Both the position numbers and the translations under genes were made by a program. The notes beneath the pieces were generated by a model. The model did not search any database and was not told where the DNA came from. It was given only the letters and a program-made list of their open reading frames with translations. Positions 8,811-18,900 of a stretch of 35,875 bases of DNA are shown piece after piece; within the stretch, counting starts at the first letter, position 1, and each line of letters starts with the position of its first letter. This DNA is from a virus. Its lineage: Duplodnaviria; Caudoviricetes. The DNA lies in IMG/VR virus record IMGVR_UViG_3300037295_000225, positions 1 to 35,875 of that record; one strand, given 5' to 3'.

Positions 8811-9291
8811 TTTTATTCCAACCAAGTGTTTCACAGTATTCCTTAATTTCTTTAGTAGTTGTTATTAATGATAGTGTTTCGATATCAGCAATTTTTTTAT
8901 CAGGAAACAACATTGCTAAAAATTCTATTTTTTTATTTTTTTGTTTCTTTATAGGAATGTATTCATGAAAGTATTCTTTCTTGCTACTGTGTGCGGTACT
9001 ACAAAGAGTTAACCATATCAGCTTAGGATGCTTTTGTATCACAAACCAATTTTTATTATATTTTTCGTTGACATTTTCTACAAACCATTCTGTTTCTTCT
9101 CTGGTAGGAGTGCGGTGTCTGCCGTTACTATATTTAGGAGGAGATATAGTACTGATGAATCTATTCAATACCCAAAAATCTCCTCGTATTTCTTTTCTGC
9201 CTTCTTCAGACACTTCGTCCCATAGACTAGTATTTTTACGATCGATTGATGGAATAATCCTGCCGAACAAATCTACGTGTTTATTTTTCAT
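8785..9291 (-). CDS. putative clamp-loader small subunit (gp62-like)
   Basis: LNRFIS...VN...HPKL.W...IPIKK pattern, size and replication context. Confidence 0.5.
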   Translation of the reverse strand: MKNKHVDLFGRIIPSIDRKNTSLWDEVSEEGRKEIRGDFWVLNRFISTISPPKYSNGRHRTPTREETEWFVENVNEKYNKNWFVIQKHPKLIWLTLCSTAHSSKKEYFHEYIPIKKQKNKKIEFLAMLFPDKKIADIETLSLITTTKEIKEYCETLGWNKNEISSIKF

Positions 9292-9550
9292 TATTTTTCT
9301 CGTTACTCAAGTGGTATATTAATATAGCATTATTCAAAGCGTGTTGCAATGTTAAATTAGTTTTTGCATTTTTTCGAATTTTATTCCACAATTCATTTTC
9401 TCGCACTTCATCACGGAGAGATACTATTCTTTCACTCTCTGATATTTTTACTCTAGCAGTTTGCCCGGACGTTCGAGCATATATAGTTTCTCCTCCGTCC
9501 GGACTTTCAAATACTGTGTACTCTGTAATTTTGTTTATTATATCAGACAT
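9281..9550 (-). CDS. hypothetical protein
   Basis: VFESPDGGETIYAR motif; TAAATA and purine-rich SD before MSDIIN. Confidence 0.7.
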   Translation of the reverse strand: MSDIINKITEYTVFESPDGGETIYARTSGQTARVKISESERIVSLRDEVRENELWNKIRKNAKTNLTLQHALNNAILIYHLSNEKNNEK

Positions 9551-9587
9551 AAGATTTCCCTTGCTTAACAAAACTATTTAATACTTT

Positions 9588-10091
9588 TTAAATTAGCCTA
9601 TCTAATTGTAAAATTTCACTTTGTCTAGAAATTTCTTTAACAAAAAAAGCACAAGGCGGATTAAAACCTTCTACTATGGGCACCGTTAATAACTGGCCGT
9701 TTTTCATTTTAGGAAAATACCATCGCACATCTTGAAAAATATTTACTATTTCGATAGATAAATAATCTGGTTTAAATCCTTTTATCGGATTAAAGATAAA
9801 CGATTCGAATCCTCTTTCATTTAAACTAGTTAACGGTAGCACTTCTGGATCAAGGCCACTTTCTTTATCAGCAACTACTATACTCCAATCTAATGGCATT
9901 TGAACTTCGTACCCGCCAATGTTTAATAAAATTGCAGGACTGTTAAATGATTCTAGAAAGATCAAAGGCATAAAAAAGAAATCCGGATCAAAGGGATTAC
10001 TGTTATCTAAGACGCTGAACCTGATATCCTCGACTTCATCAGGAAGGTCCTTTAAATCAAATGCTGCATTATCTAGTGTTAAAATTTTCAT
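9588..10091 (-). CDS. hypothetical beta-rich protein, possibly degenerate Hint fold
   Basis: 167-aa ORF coupled to UvsW by ATGA overlap. Confidence 0.7.
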   Translation of the reverse strand: MKILTLDNAAFDLKDLPDEVEDIRFSVLDNSNPFDPDFFFMPLIFLESFNSPAILLNIGGYEVQMPLDWSIVVADKESGLDPEVLPLTSLNERGFESFIFNPIKGFKPDYLSIEIVNIFQDVRWYFPKMKNGQLLTVPIVEGFNPPCAFFVKEISRQSEILQLDRLI

Positions 10092-11569
10092 GGTTTTACC
10101 TTGGTTATTGTGTACGGGTACTGCGCATCTTTATAAAACTTTTTACGTTCAGTAAGATGCTTTTTTGAATACTTGCACTGGCTAGTAATATCCCAGATTT
10201 CTACGTGATCTTTGTCTTGCGCTTTCCTAATTCCTCGTCCAATACTCTGTATAACTCTAACAAAGCTCTTGCCGGGTTCAATAAGAACAAGATTGAAAAT
10301 ACGAGGAATATTAATACCCACAGCAGCCACACCGTAGGTCGCCACAATAATCTTATTATCACTTGTTTTAATCTCATCATATTCATCTTTCCTATCGTTT
10401 AATTTTACACTACCATTGATAAATGGTATATCGGATTCAGGAACATCGAGTAACATTGATAGTTTTTTCTGGATTATACTTCCAGTTTCGATTCTGTTAA
10501 TTAAAATTAATGTATTTCCTGATTGCGAAATATCTTTAATTTTATTAGCTATCCACGATACTCTTGTATCATCAGTTACTAGCCAAGTATATTCTTCTTG
10601 GTAATTTCGAAATACTTCTATATCAGGAGTTTGCAAAATACTAATGTGTAACTGTGCTAGCACGCCTTTGTTTTGAAGATCGTGTGCAGATACTTGATTA
10701 ATAACTGGCCCTATGCTGGCGAGTATGCCCTGAAATTCCCAATCTTCTTTTGGTATAGTTCCAGTTAACCCCCATCTTATATAACAATTTTTAAAATTCT
10801 GAGTTAACAATTTTGTCAATACGTCTGCCTTTGCTTGGTGCACCTCGTCGACAATAATTGCACATACGCCTTCGCAGAATTCTGCAAGTGTTAACGAGTC
10901 TGTATCGTAGCTTTTCTTGTCAAGCACATTAAGACTTTGCCAAGTACAAATTGTATGAGTCTTGTTTAGTTCTTTCCTGTCGCCAAAATATACGCCTACA
11001 TCCAATCCTAAATTAATATAGTCTTCTTCAGTTTGCACTACCAGACTCTTGTTAGGTACAATTACCATTGTACGCCCGTAAGGCTCACACAAGTGACTTA
11101 ATGTAGCTGTAGTAATTGTCTTGCCTGCACCAGTTGCTATTTCTTGCAGACTTTGTGTGTTTTGTAGAAACATGTTAACTACTTCATATTGATAGTCGCG
11201 CAGTACAATAGGTTGCCCTGCATTAGGATGGCCGGCAGGCCATGTCTTTCCTTTATCGGCCCAGTAATTCTCAGTAACGATTTCAAAATTAATATCATTC
11301 TGCAATATACGATTGTCTTCTACATCGACGTCATACCCGTCATTTTCAATGATAGGAAGGATTACATCGAGGTGAGCAAGATATCCGTTGCCGCCTATTC
11401 CAAAATAAGTCTTAGTTCCGTCCCATCTGCCTAATTTAAATGCAGGCATATGGCGGGCATATGGTAATTCATATTTTAATTTATTAACTATTTTTCTTCT
11501 AGTTTCAACAGCCAATCCTTCTATTTTTATGTTTACTTCATCTTTTATTATTATGTTACAACGAGGCAA
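10088..11569 (-). CDS. uvsW: SF2 DNA helicase UvsW
   Basis: LRDYQ, ATGAGKT, DEVH, GLTGT, QSIGRGIR. Confidence 0.93.
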   Translation of the reverse strand: MPRCNIIIKDEVNIKIEGLAVETRRKIVNKLKYELPYARHMPAFKLGRWDGTKTYFGIGGNGYLAHLDVILPIIENDGYDVDVEDNRILQNDINFEIVTENYWADKGKTWPAGHPNAGQPIVLRDYQYEVVNMFLQNTQSLQEIATGAGKTITTATLSHLCEPYGRTMVIVPNKSLVVQTEEDYINLGLDVGVYFGDRKELNKTHTICTWQSLNVLDKKSYDTDSLTLAEFCEGVCAIIVDEVHQAKADVLTKLLTQNFKNCYIRWGLTGTIPKEDWEFQGILASIGPVINQVSAHDLQNKGVLAQLHISILQTPDIEVFRNYQEEYTWLVTDDTRVSWIANKIKDISQSGNTLILINRIETGSIIQKKLSMLLDVPESDIPFINGSVKLNDRKDEYDEIKTSDNKIIVATYGVAAVGINIPRIFNLVLIEPGKSFVRVIQSIGRGIRKAQDKDHVEIWDITSQCKYSKKHLTERKKFYKDAQYPYTITKVKP

Positions 11570-12743
11570 TTTGTTTGTTCCTTATTTTAGTTGGACGTAT
11601 ATTACTAATATAGCAAACACAAGGATGAGAGACCATCCAGGCAGCTGTTGGCATATCAGTTACTGAGGAGTAACTGTTAGTTCCTATAATTTTTATATCA
11701 ACTTTTTTTGAAAATATCCATTTGGCAGGTTTCTGTAGAAAAATAAACAACTTACCACTTTCTACACTTCCGCCTAAGTTATTTTCTTTAATCCAATCGT
11801 TCAACATTATTTTATTGTTTTTAGATTCTCTATAGCATACTCTAAATTCATCAGTGTTTACTCCGGCATCTTTGGCGGCTTTTAAAAACTGAGTAAGCCA
11901 ATGCAAAACATCTTTTGTATTTCTATCTATAATAATAGCAGTTAGTGAATCAACCTCTTGATACAATTGAAAGAATTCTTTATTAGATTTCATCCAAAAA
12001 TGAGAATGAGAATCGGATGCAATTTTTTCAACTACTGATACAGGAGGATGATCGAGAGTAGCGACGAACCCCATAGATTTTGCCAAAAACAAGTCTTGAT
12101 TTAATTCTTCTGTACGATACTGATTAAAGTACGTCAATGCATCTGTAACAGCATTCTGTAAAACTACTTTATTATTTTCAATAACACTGTATGGCTTAAA
12201 TTTATATTCTTGTTGCCAAATTTCTTCCACTCGATTAACGGCTTCTACAAATGTGTTGTCAATAAAAAAATCATGTTTAATAACAAATTCATTTATAGCA
12301 ATAATATTGAAATCATAAAAGTTTAATTTTTTTAATCGTCGTTCTGCATCCCACGCTACTTCTTGAAAAGCCTTATCTACCGAAATACTTTCTTCAAAAT
12401 CTTTTATTAGTTGGTAAGGAAATTTTAGTAATATCCATAATTTACCAATATCGTCTTTTTCAATACTTACAGATTTAGTTATATCCAATATTCTAAATTT
12501 ATATTTCCACACCGGAAAAGCAAGCAACGGTTCAATGTTTACTGTTTCTGAAATAATTTTTTTATTTTCAGAAAACAACTTAATTAAAAGATGACCTTGG
12601 TTAACAGTTAATGCATTGTAAATATCGATAGCCGACATTAAACTGTAAAAAACATCGACAGAATTGTTACTCAATTTAGTATCTAACGTTAAATTATCCA
12701 TTAACAAAGTTAACGCATCTTCAAGAGTGTCTGGAGTTTTCAT
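11556..12743 (-). CDS. hypothetical protein (395 aa)
   Basis: Long ORF upstream of uvsW with own promoter. Confidence 0.8.
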   Translation of the reverse strand: MKTPDTLEDALTLLMDNLTLDTKLSNNSVDVFYSLMSAIDIYNALTVNQGHLLIKLFSENKKIISETVNIEPLLAFPVWKYKFRILDITKSVSIEKDDIGKLWILLKFPYQLIKDFEESISVDKAFQEVAWDAERRLKKLNFYDFNIIAINEFVIKHDFFIDNTFVEAVNRVEEIWQQEYKFKPYSVIENNKVVLQNAVTDALTYFNQYRTEELNQDLFLAKSMGFVATLDHPPVSVVEKIASDSHSHFWMKSNKEFFQLYQEVDSLTAIIIDRNTKDVLHWLTQFLKAAKDAGVNTDEFRVCYRESKNNKIMLNDWIKENNLGGSVESGKLFIFLQKPAKWIFSKKVDIKIIGTNSYSSVTDMPTAAWMVSHPCVCYISNIRPTKIRNKQIASL

Positions 12744-12749
12744 AATACT

Positions 12750-12778
12750 ATTTTATTAAATTTGGTATTGAAAGTCAA
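12750..12778 (-). promoter_or_regulatory. sigma70-like promoter
   Basis: TTGACT-N17-TAAAAT, 6 nt before ATG. Confidence 0.7.
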
Positions 12779-12811
12779 TAAAAATAGGTATAATCATATA
12801 CCTATTTTTAT
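12779..12811 (-). terminator. intrinsic terminator after uvsY
   Basis: AAAAATAGGTATA-ATCA-TATACCTATTTTT inverted repeat. Confidence 0.7.
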
Positions 12812-12828
12812 TATCAAACATTGTAAAG

Positions 12829-13284
12829 TTAAAGACTTGCGTCTTCAAGACCCGATACACGTAGTTTAACAATGTTACTTAAATGCCATTGTTTTTGATC
12901 TAGTGCTTTAATAATGCCAATCCATTTATTTCTAAGTAGTGCAAAGTCGTTGATGATTTTTTCAAAATCAACTACATCTGCTTCACCGTCTACAAACTTC
13001 TCACAATCCCTGCTACTCAACGAACGTTGATAATTTTCAAGATATTTACGAAAATGTTGGCTACGAAGGCGACGTAACTCGATATTAAGATATTCTAGTA
13101 TGCCTTCGATCTCTTGTAATTGATTAAATCTTTGCTCAACGATCCCTGGCATTAACGAACTTGCCTTTTCAATATTTCCAGATATTCGAACATCTTGTTT
13201 TGCCGAAATTAATTCTTCAGCATAATACAATGCCGCATCTGGAATATTTGAAATGTCTTTAGATACTCGATCATACCAGTTCAT
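12829..13284 (-). CDS. uvsY: recombination mediator UvsY-like
   Basis: Helical 151-aa protein, FVDGEADV, KQWHLSNIVKLR C-terminus; downstream of uvsX. Confidence 0.75.
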   Translation of the reverse strand: MNWYDRVSKDISNIPDAALYYAEELISAKQDVRISGNIEKASSLMPGIVEQRFNQLQEIEGILEYLNIELRRLRSQHFRKYLENYQRSLSSRDCEKFVDGEADVVDFEKIINDFALLRNKWIGIIKALDQKQWHLSNIVKLRVSGLEDASL

Positions 13285-13526
13285 TAATCCTCATCTTCGT
13301 CGTAAAAATCGTCATCTTCTTCGACTTCTATTTCATCGTTATCGATAACATATCCGACAGCATAATCTAAGTACGGATCAATACCCATTAAATCTTGAAT
13401 AACAGTTTCTTTAGTTCCGTGATCCAACAAGGTATTAATATAATCTGCAGCAACATCTTTCCTGTGTTTCTCAGGAATATGCTCTACTATAACTGTCCAC
13501 AAGTCTGCAATTAAATCTTCTTTCAT
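13284..13526 (-). CDS. small acidic hypothetical protein
   Basis: GGAG SD before MKEDLI; acidic tail. Confidence 0.75.
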   Translation of the reverse strand: MKEDLIADLWTVIVEHIPEKHRKDVAADYINTLLDHGTKETVIQDLMGIDPYLDYAVGYVIDNDEIEVEEDDDFYDEDED

Positions 13527-13527
13527 T

Positions 13528-14601
13528 TTAAATCTCCGTTTCAGGTTCAACTGTATTAGTTATCTCTGAAGCAGTTATTTCGCCGTGTTTTGAAACATTT
13601 TCCATAATAATGTCTAATCCATCTTTCTCATTACGTTCCCATGCTTTACGAAACTGTTTAATAATTTCGCCATCGCGGGTAGTATATACAAGACTGTTTC
13701 CTTCTTTCTTGAGCATGCCTTTAGCTTCGAACAAATCAACTAAACCGCTGTACGGACTCATACCTGTTTCATAAGGAATTTCAACTTGTACACTTTCAAA
13801 TGGTTTTGCGTAGCGTGTTTTCATAATCTTGCAAGCTGCACGAATGCCTTGTACAGTTGAAGTTTTATTACCGTCTGCATCGAGTTTTAGCTTTAATTTA
13901 CGCATAGCTACTACGATACTACTTGCATAGATAAAACCTTGCCCGCCGCTAATCTTATCATCTGGGTCAAACATGTCTTGACTTGCATACGTATGATTAG
14001 TAGCAACTAGCCCGATATTATGAGCACCGAACATATTAACACAGTTACGTACAAGTGCTGTTAGTGCCTTGGGTTTACGGCCCATATCACCTTTTAAATC
14101 GCCTGCTTGGAACTGATTAACGTCTGTTGGTGTTAGTAGCATGCCCAATGAGTCAATCACAAACAATATTTTTGGTTTGTCTTCTTCAGGCATTGTTTTG
14201 TATTCTGCAACAAATTCTGTAATAGTCTTTGCTACGTCATCGATCATTGCCATATTAAGTTTAAGCAATTTGTCTGGACTAGTATCGACATCAAGTGCAT
14301 GCAACCATGCTTCATCGAGTGCATTTTCTGTGTCAATTAAGATTGGAAAAATACCTTGCGCTTGTGCGTTCTTAATCAAGTTTCCTGAACAAATGAAACT
14401 TTTACCTGCTCCGGATTCACCAGCAAATACTGTTACTTTGCCTAATGGAATACCTCGATTAAAATCTCCACTGATTAGATAGTTTAATGCATAATTGTTA
14501 GTACTGACCCAATCAGTAGGATCGTTAAACCCAATACTAAGTCCGTCGATACTTTTAGTAATGCTTCTTCTAAATTTTGAAATATCAAATGCTTTTGCCA
14601 T
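13528..14601 (-). CDS. uvsX: RecA-like recombinase UvsX
   Basis: GESGAGKS, IDTENA, VIDSLG, TNHTY, SGGQG. Confidence 0.95.
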   Translation of the reverse strand: MAKAFDISKFRRSITKSIDGLSIGFNDPTDWVSTNNYALNYLISGDFNRGIPLGKVTVFAGESGAGKSFICSGNLIKNAQAQGIFPILIDTENALDEAWLHALDVDTSPDKLLKLNMAMIDDVAKTITEFVAEYKTMPEEDKPKILFVIDSLGMLLTPTDVNQFQAGDLKGDMGRKPKALTALVRNCVNMFGAHNIGLVATNHTYASQDMFDPDDKISGGQGFIYASSIVVAMRKLKLKLDADGNKTSTVQGIRAACKIMKTRYAKPFESVQVEIPYETGMSPYSGLVDLFEAKGMLKKEGNSLVYTTRDGEIIKQFRKAWERNEKDGLDIIMENVSKHGEITASEITNTVEPETEI

Positions 14602-14792
14602 TAGTTATCCATCTCCATACTTAACCACTCTTTTATTACCCACACCATTTCTTCTTCAGTAGTGCATAAAATTTTAGATGTTTTGTAATCTGATTCACTA
14701 TCTCTGCCATTAACTTCTACCATAAACCCATTATCGTAACGATTAACAGTGATAGACTCTCCTACCCTTACTAACTTGTTTAATTTAGTCAT
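14601..14792 (-). CDS. small hypothetical protein
   Basis: GGAG SD; stop overlaps uvsX start. Confidence 0.75.
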   Translation of the reverse strand: MTKLNKLVRVGESITVNRYDNGFMVEVNGRDSESDYKTSKILCTTEEEMVWVIKEWLSMEMDN

Positions 14793-14808
14793 TATTATTC
14801 TCCGTTGA

Positions 14809-14830
14809 AGTAGGGGGAATTCCCCCTACT
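14809..14830. repeat. perfect 22-bp palindrome (hairpin after gp32)
   Basis: AGTAGGGGGAATTCCCCCTACT. Confidence 0.85.
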
Positions 14831-14835
14831 GATGA

Positions 14836-15819
14836 TTATCCTTGCTGTCTGCTTCTAATTTTAGCTAGGATGTCTTGGGCACGACTTGCACCTTCCGAGT
14901 TGCTACCTGCATCTGCCAAGTTAACTTTAGGTTGTGGCGGAATATGATCTTCCTCGTCAACTACTTCAACTGGCTTACTTGCTGGAACAGATACAGATAC
15001 AGAACGATTAGGATCGCCTGTTGCTTGGCTCATACCTGAAGGTTTAAAGTATTGTCCCCAACGTTCCATATCGTATGGCTCGCCGTCCACCGATGCTTCG
15101 AACATTTCTTTCATTACTTTTAGTTCAACGTCAGTAGGTTTCTTTGGCAAGAAATCTGATAAATTAAACAAGCCATATTGATCAATTGAACTAGTTTCTT
15201 CCGACGTCAATGACCGCTCACGACGACTCCACTTACTAGTAGAATAATCTGCGTATCCGCCTTTTGATGATTTAGTAATACGGAAGTCCAGACCTTTAAG
15301 GTAGTCTGTTGGTAATTCATCTAACTCAGGATCCATCAAAGATGAACGAACAATCTGATAAATCTGCGGACTAATGACAAATCTACGAATAGGATTCTCG
15401 GGAGTTTTCTCTTCGTTGATAGGATCTTCTACTACAAATCCTTGGAAAATGTAACTGCGTTTCTTCCAATATTTACGACCCATTTCTTCTAGGGTTTTAT
15501 CTTTAAACCACCCTCTTACTTCTGCTAATATAGGACAAACCGATCCGTCGTTGTACATTTCGACGCACGGTACTTGAACAATAACAGGTTTGCTATCTGT
15601 TTCGCCTTTGATTCCTGCAAATGGTAATTTAATCATTGCACGCTCTACCCAGAAAAAAGTATTCTTAGGATCGCTATCTGGTAAAAATCTAAGTACTACA
15701 TCTTTACCTTCTTGCATATTCCAATGTGGATATATTGCGTTGTCGCCGCCCGAAGAGCTGCCTGATGATTTGTTTTGTGATTCCTGCAATTTTGCACGAA
15801 TTTCTGCTAATGATGCCAT
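14836..15819 (-). CDS. gp32: single-stranded DNA-binding protein gp32
   Basis: VLRFLP, CPIL, YWKKRSY, GLDFRI, YADYSTSKW; acidic tail; next to uvsX. Confidence 0.9.
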   Translation of the reverse strand: MASLAEIRAKLQESQNKSSGSSSGGDNAIYPHWNMQEGKDVVLRFLPDSDPKNTFFWVERAMIKLPFAGIKGETDSKPVIVQVPCVEMYNDGSVCPILAEVRGWFKDKTLEEMGRKYWKKRSYIFQGFVVEDPINEEKTPENPIRRFVISPQIYQIVRSSLMDPELDELPTDYLKGLDFRITKSSKGGYADYSTSKWSRRERSLTSEETSSIDQYGLFNLSDFLPKKPTDVELKVMKEMFEASVDGEPYDMERWGQYFKPSGMSQATGDPNRSVSVSVPASKPVEVVDEEDHIPPQPKVNLADAGSNSEGASRAQDILAKIRSRQQG

Positions 15820-15940
15820 TTTAAATATCTCCTTTTTAATATGCCTTAAAATGCTAATGCCTAATGCACATAACTAGTATGTGCTTTTTATTTAGTAAAT
15901 TCAATATATTTGGATAATAAAATGATATTTTTTTGCCAAT

Positions 15941-15965
15941 AAAAAAGGCCCTTTCGAGCCTTTTT
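15941..15965 (-). terminator. intrinsic terminator
   Basis: Minus strand GGCTC-GAAA-GGGCC then T6; A/T runs on both sides. Confidence 0.85.
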
Positions 15966-15978
15966 ATTTTGAGTAATA

Positions 15979-18900
15979 TTAAGTCAATTGCTTCATACCT
16001 GACAGCTCTTTAATCCTTTCCATCTCTGTAGAATAATGGCTGCTTTCGCCTCCAGAAAATTGATCGATCAATTTCATAACAGCATCAGAATCGAATTCGA
16101 TATTATCGAGTGGGATTTCAGGACCGGGACCTCCGGTATCTGATTCTTCATATTCAAGATCAATAACTTGAATTATCTCTAATCCGGCGTCGGTTTTTTC
16201 AAATACAACTTCTACAGGAGAATCGCCATCGGTATGATCATATACTGTGCCTGTTGCTGATATTTCGTTACCGTCTACTGAAACTATTTTATCAATAACT
16301 AACTCATCGTTTTTCATCCTTGGGTGATACATATTACCCATCGGTGATGCGTATGCTTCTCCTTGTACTGCACTTGCAGCAGGACTTTCAGCAGCTGCCT
16401 GTGTTTGTGCCAAAACAGATTTCATCGAGCTAGTAACTGAATTGTAAATGTCATCTCCGAATCTTTGTTGGATTTCGTTTTCGTCACGCAAGTCAACAAA
16501 TTGTCCACGTACCATAAAACCTAGTACATTTTTTAAGTTAATGCTACGCCAAGCAGTTTTTGCTGCTTCTGACTTTGCTTGAGTCTCTTCCATGCCAGCA
16601 GCTTTTAGTTCTTTTAATTTTTTAATGTATGCATTGATATCAACTACTTTCTTAATGTCGTTATTTTGTTCGGCATTTGCTTGTTTGTCTGTTTTTGGAT
16701 TTGTGCTATGAACATACGAACTAAGATTACTCTTAACACCCATGTGTTTTACTGTGCCATCTTTTTTAACAAACGCAACACTTACTAAGATATTCTTTTT
16801 AATAGCATCTCTAAGCATTTGAAGCTCGTCACTGTTGCTAAAAGAATCGTAGTCAAGTTCATTTACTGCATCGTCTGTGATAGGTTTTGAAATTCCCGAT
16901 AATTCGTGAATACGCGATAGTTCATTCATGGTGTTGTCGGTTTGCCGAGGAGCCATACGTTCGACAAATTTTCTAGCAGCATTTTCTGCTTGCTCTCCGA
17001 ATTTTTTACCCACCATAGTAGCTACGCTTTCTGGTCCTTTAGGAAAACTATTCGATGCTTTATCGTAAAAACTATGAATAAATTCAGCAAGTTCTTTAGA
17101 GTTTACTCTGTTACTATTTTGTGAGCTTTCGTTTTTATTATAATTTTTAATCCATTCACTAGAGCTCATATTCTTTGCTCTGTCATTTCTTATATCACTA
17201 GGAGTAGTTTTCCAGTCGCCGCCTTTTGATTTTCGAATAGCTGCTGGCACATCGCTCTTTTTAGGACGATGGTTATCACCGTAGTCATCTTCTCGACTTT
17301 CCATATCATAATCTTGGCCGCTTGCTTCGACGTATTCGTTTCTGATAAGGTATTCACTTAACTCATCAGCATCGACCTGGTCGGTAATATCTTCGCCTGT
17401 TTCTAAATCAATAATTTCAGTGAATTCGATATTTAAGTCAGGATTTTCTGCAGGCTGTTCTTGGTTGGCAGGATAATAACTACCTTCTTCGCTAGCTGTA
17501 TAATTAATACCTATTGGTATTTCTTCTCCGATGTCATTGTCGGTATCTGATGGATCAAATTTCGGATTATGCCATCCATTAAGTACTAAATCAAATTGTC
17601 CATATTGCGTGTTTGTATCTCCGATATTACTCATATTTTCTTCTTGGTATATTCCTTCAAAATTTTCTTCTGTCGTATCTCCGAAATCAATGCTATCCAA
17701 TAATTCCGGAGTATTACTTTCGAGCCACTGTTTAACAAGCGGTCTGACACATGTTTCAGGATCTGATTTAGCTGCCTGCTTTATAGCACTAAACAGCGAA
17801 GGGTCTTCTATAATTCCCGACAAGCTTTCGATAGCGTTCACTCCATCGACTCCTGCTGGAAATTCTTGACCCATTAATTGATTCAATGCTGTAATTGAAG
17901 ATTCTTGTTGGTCTGGTTCTTGAATAGCACTGCGTTCACCCAATGTCATTGCCCACTCTTCAAACTGAGCAAATGGATCGTAGTCTTCTTCTGTACTTTC
18001 GTGGATAGGTTCATCGTCGACCGATGTCATATCTACTATATCGTCGTAGTCGATTTCACTATCTTCTTGCATAAGTTTGTACAACACAGGAAATACTGTT
18101 TTGATATCTTCTTTAAAATTTCGAACTGTAAACTTTTGAGTAAAGTCCTCTACTACATCTAGTGGCACTTCTGGCATTTCTTGTATTGTAAAACCTTGTT
18201 TATAACTTTCGTAATAGTTTTGTCTTGATAATTTTTTTAATTGTTCGCGTAGCGTGTTGAGTGCCGTCGAACTACGTTCGACGATACTGTTAGTATCACT
18301 ATTCATTAAATCGTTGCGAGATACATAGCTGTTAAATGAACGAAGCTGGGCAATTTGTTCACTCATTGAAATAATACTTTTACCGATATCATCGTATGGC
18401 ACACCCTCGTTGGCTACGTGTCGCTGCATAGCTCTAGCACCGGACAAGTGAATAAACGGATATTTAAAACGTTCACCGTCTTGATTTTCTACAAACAGTG
18501 CAGAAATGTGTCTAGTCCGTGCACCTGGCTGCATATCGTCGACTAATGGTTGACTATGTTTAATAATTAATCGAGTATCCATTAATTTTTGAAAACTCAT
18601 GTTTTTAGTTCCGTACATTGCGTTTTCATTCATAACGCTTTCTCCCATAGATGGTATATCAGGTGTAGTGTCTTGTTTCATTTTATTGTTATTACCGTGT
18701 TGTTGTTTTTTTAATGCATTCTGGCTTAAAAATGCATAATCTCGTTCATCTAAGTTATCTTTTGAAATATCTCTATTATCGAACGACATTAGTCTACGTT
18801 TAGAAAATTGTCTTAATTCTCTTAAAAAACTATACCATGTTGTCTTTTGAACAGGATCCATTCTAGTAGTAATACCAGATGAAAAATAAACTTTCATCGA

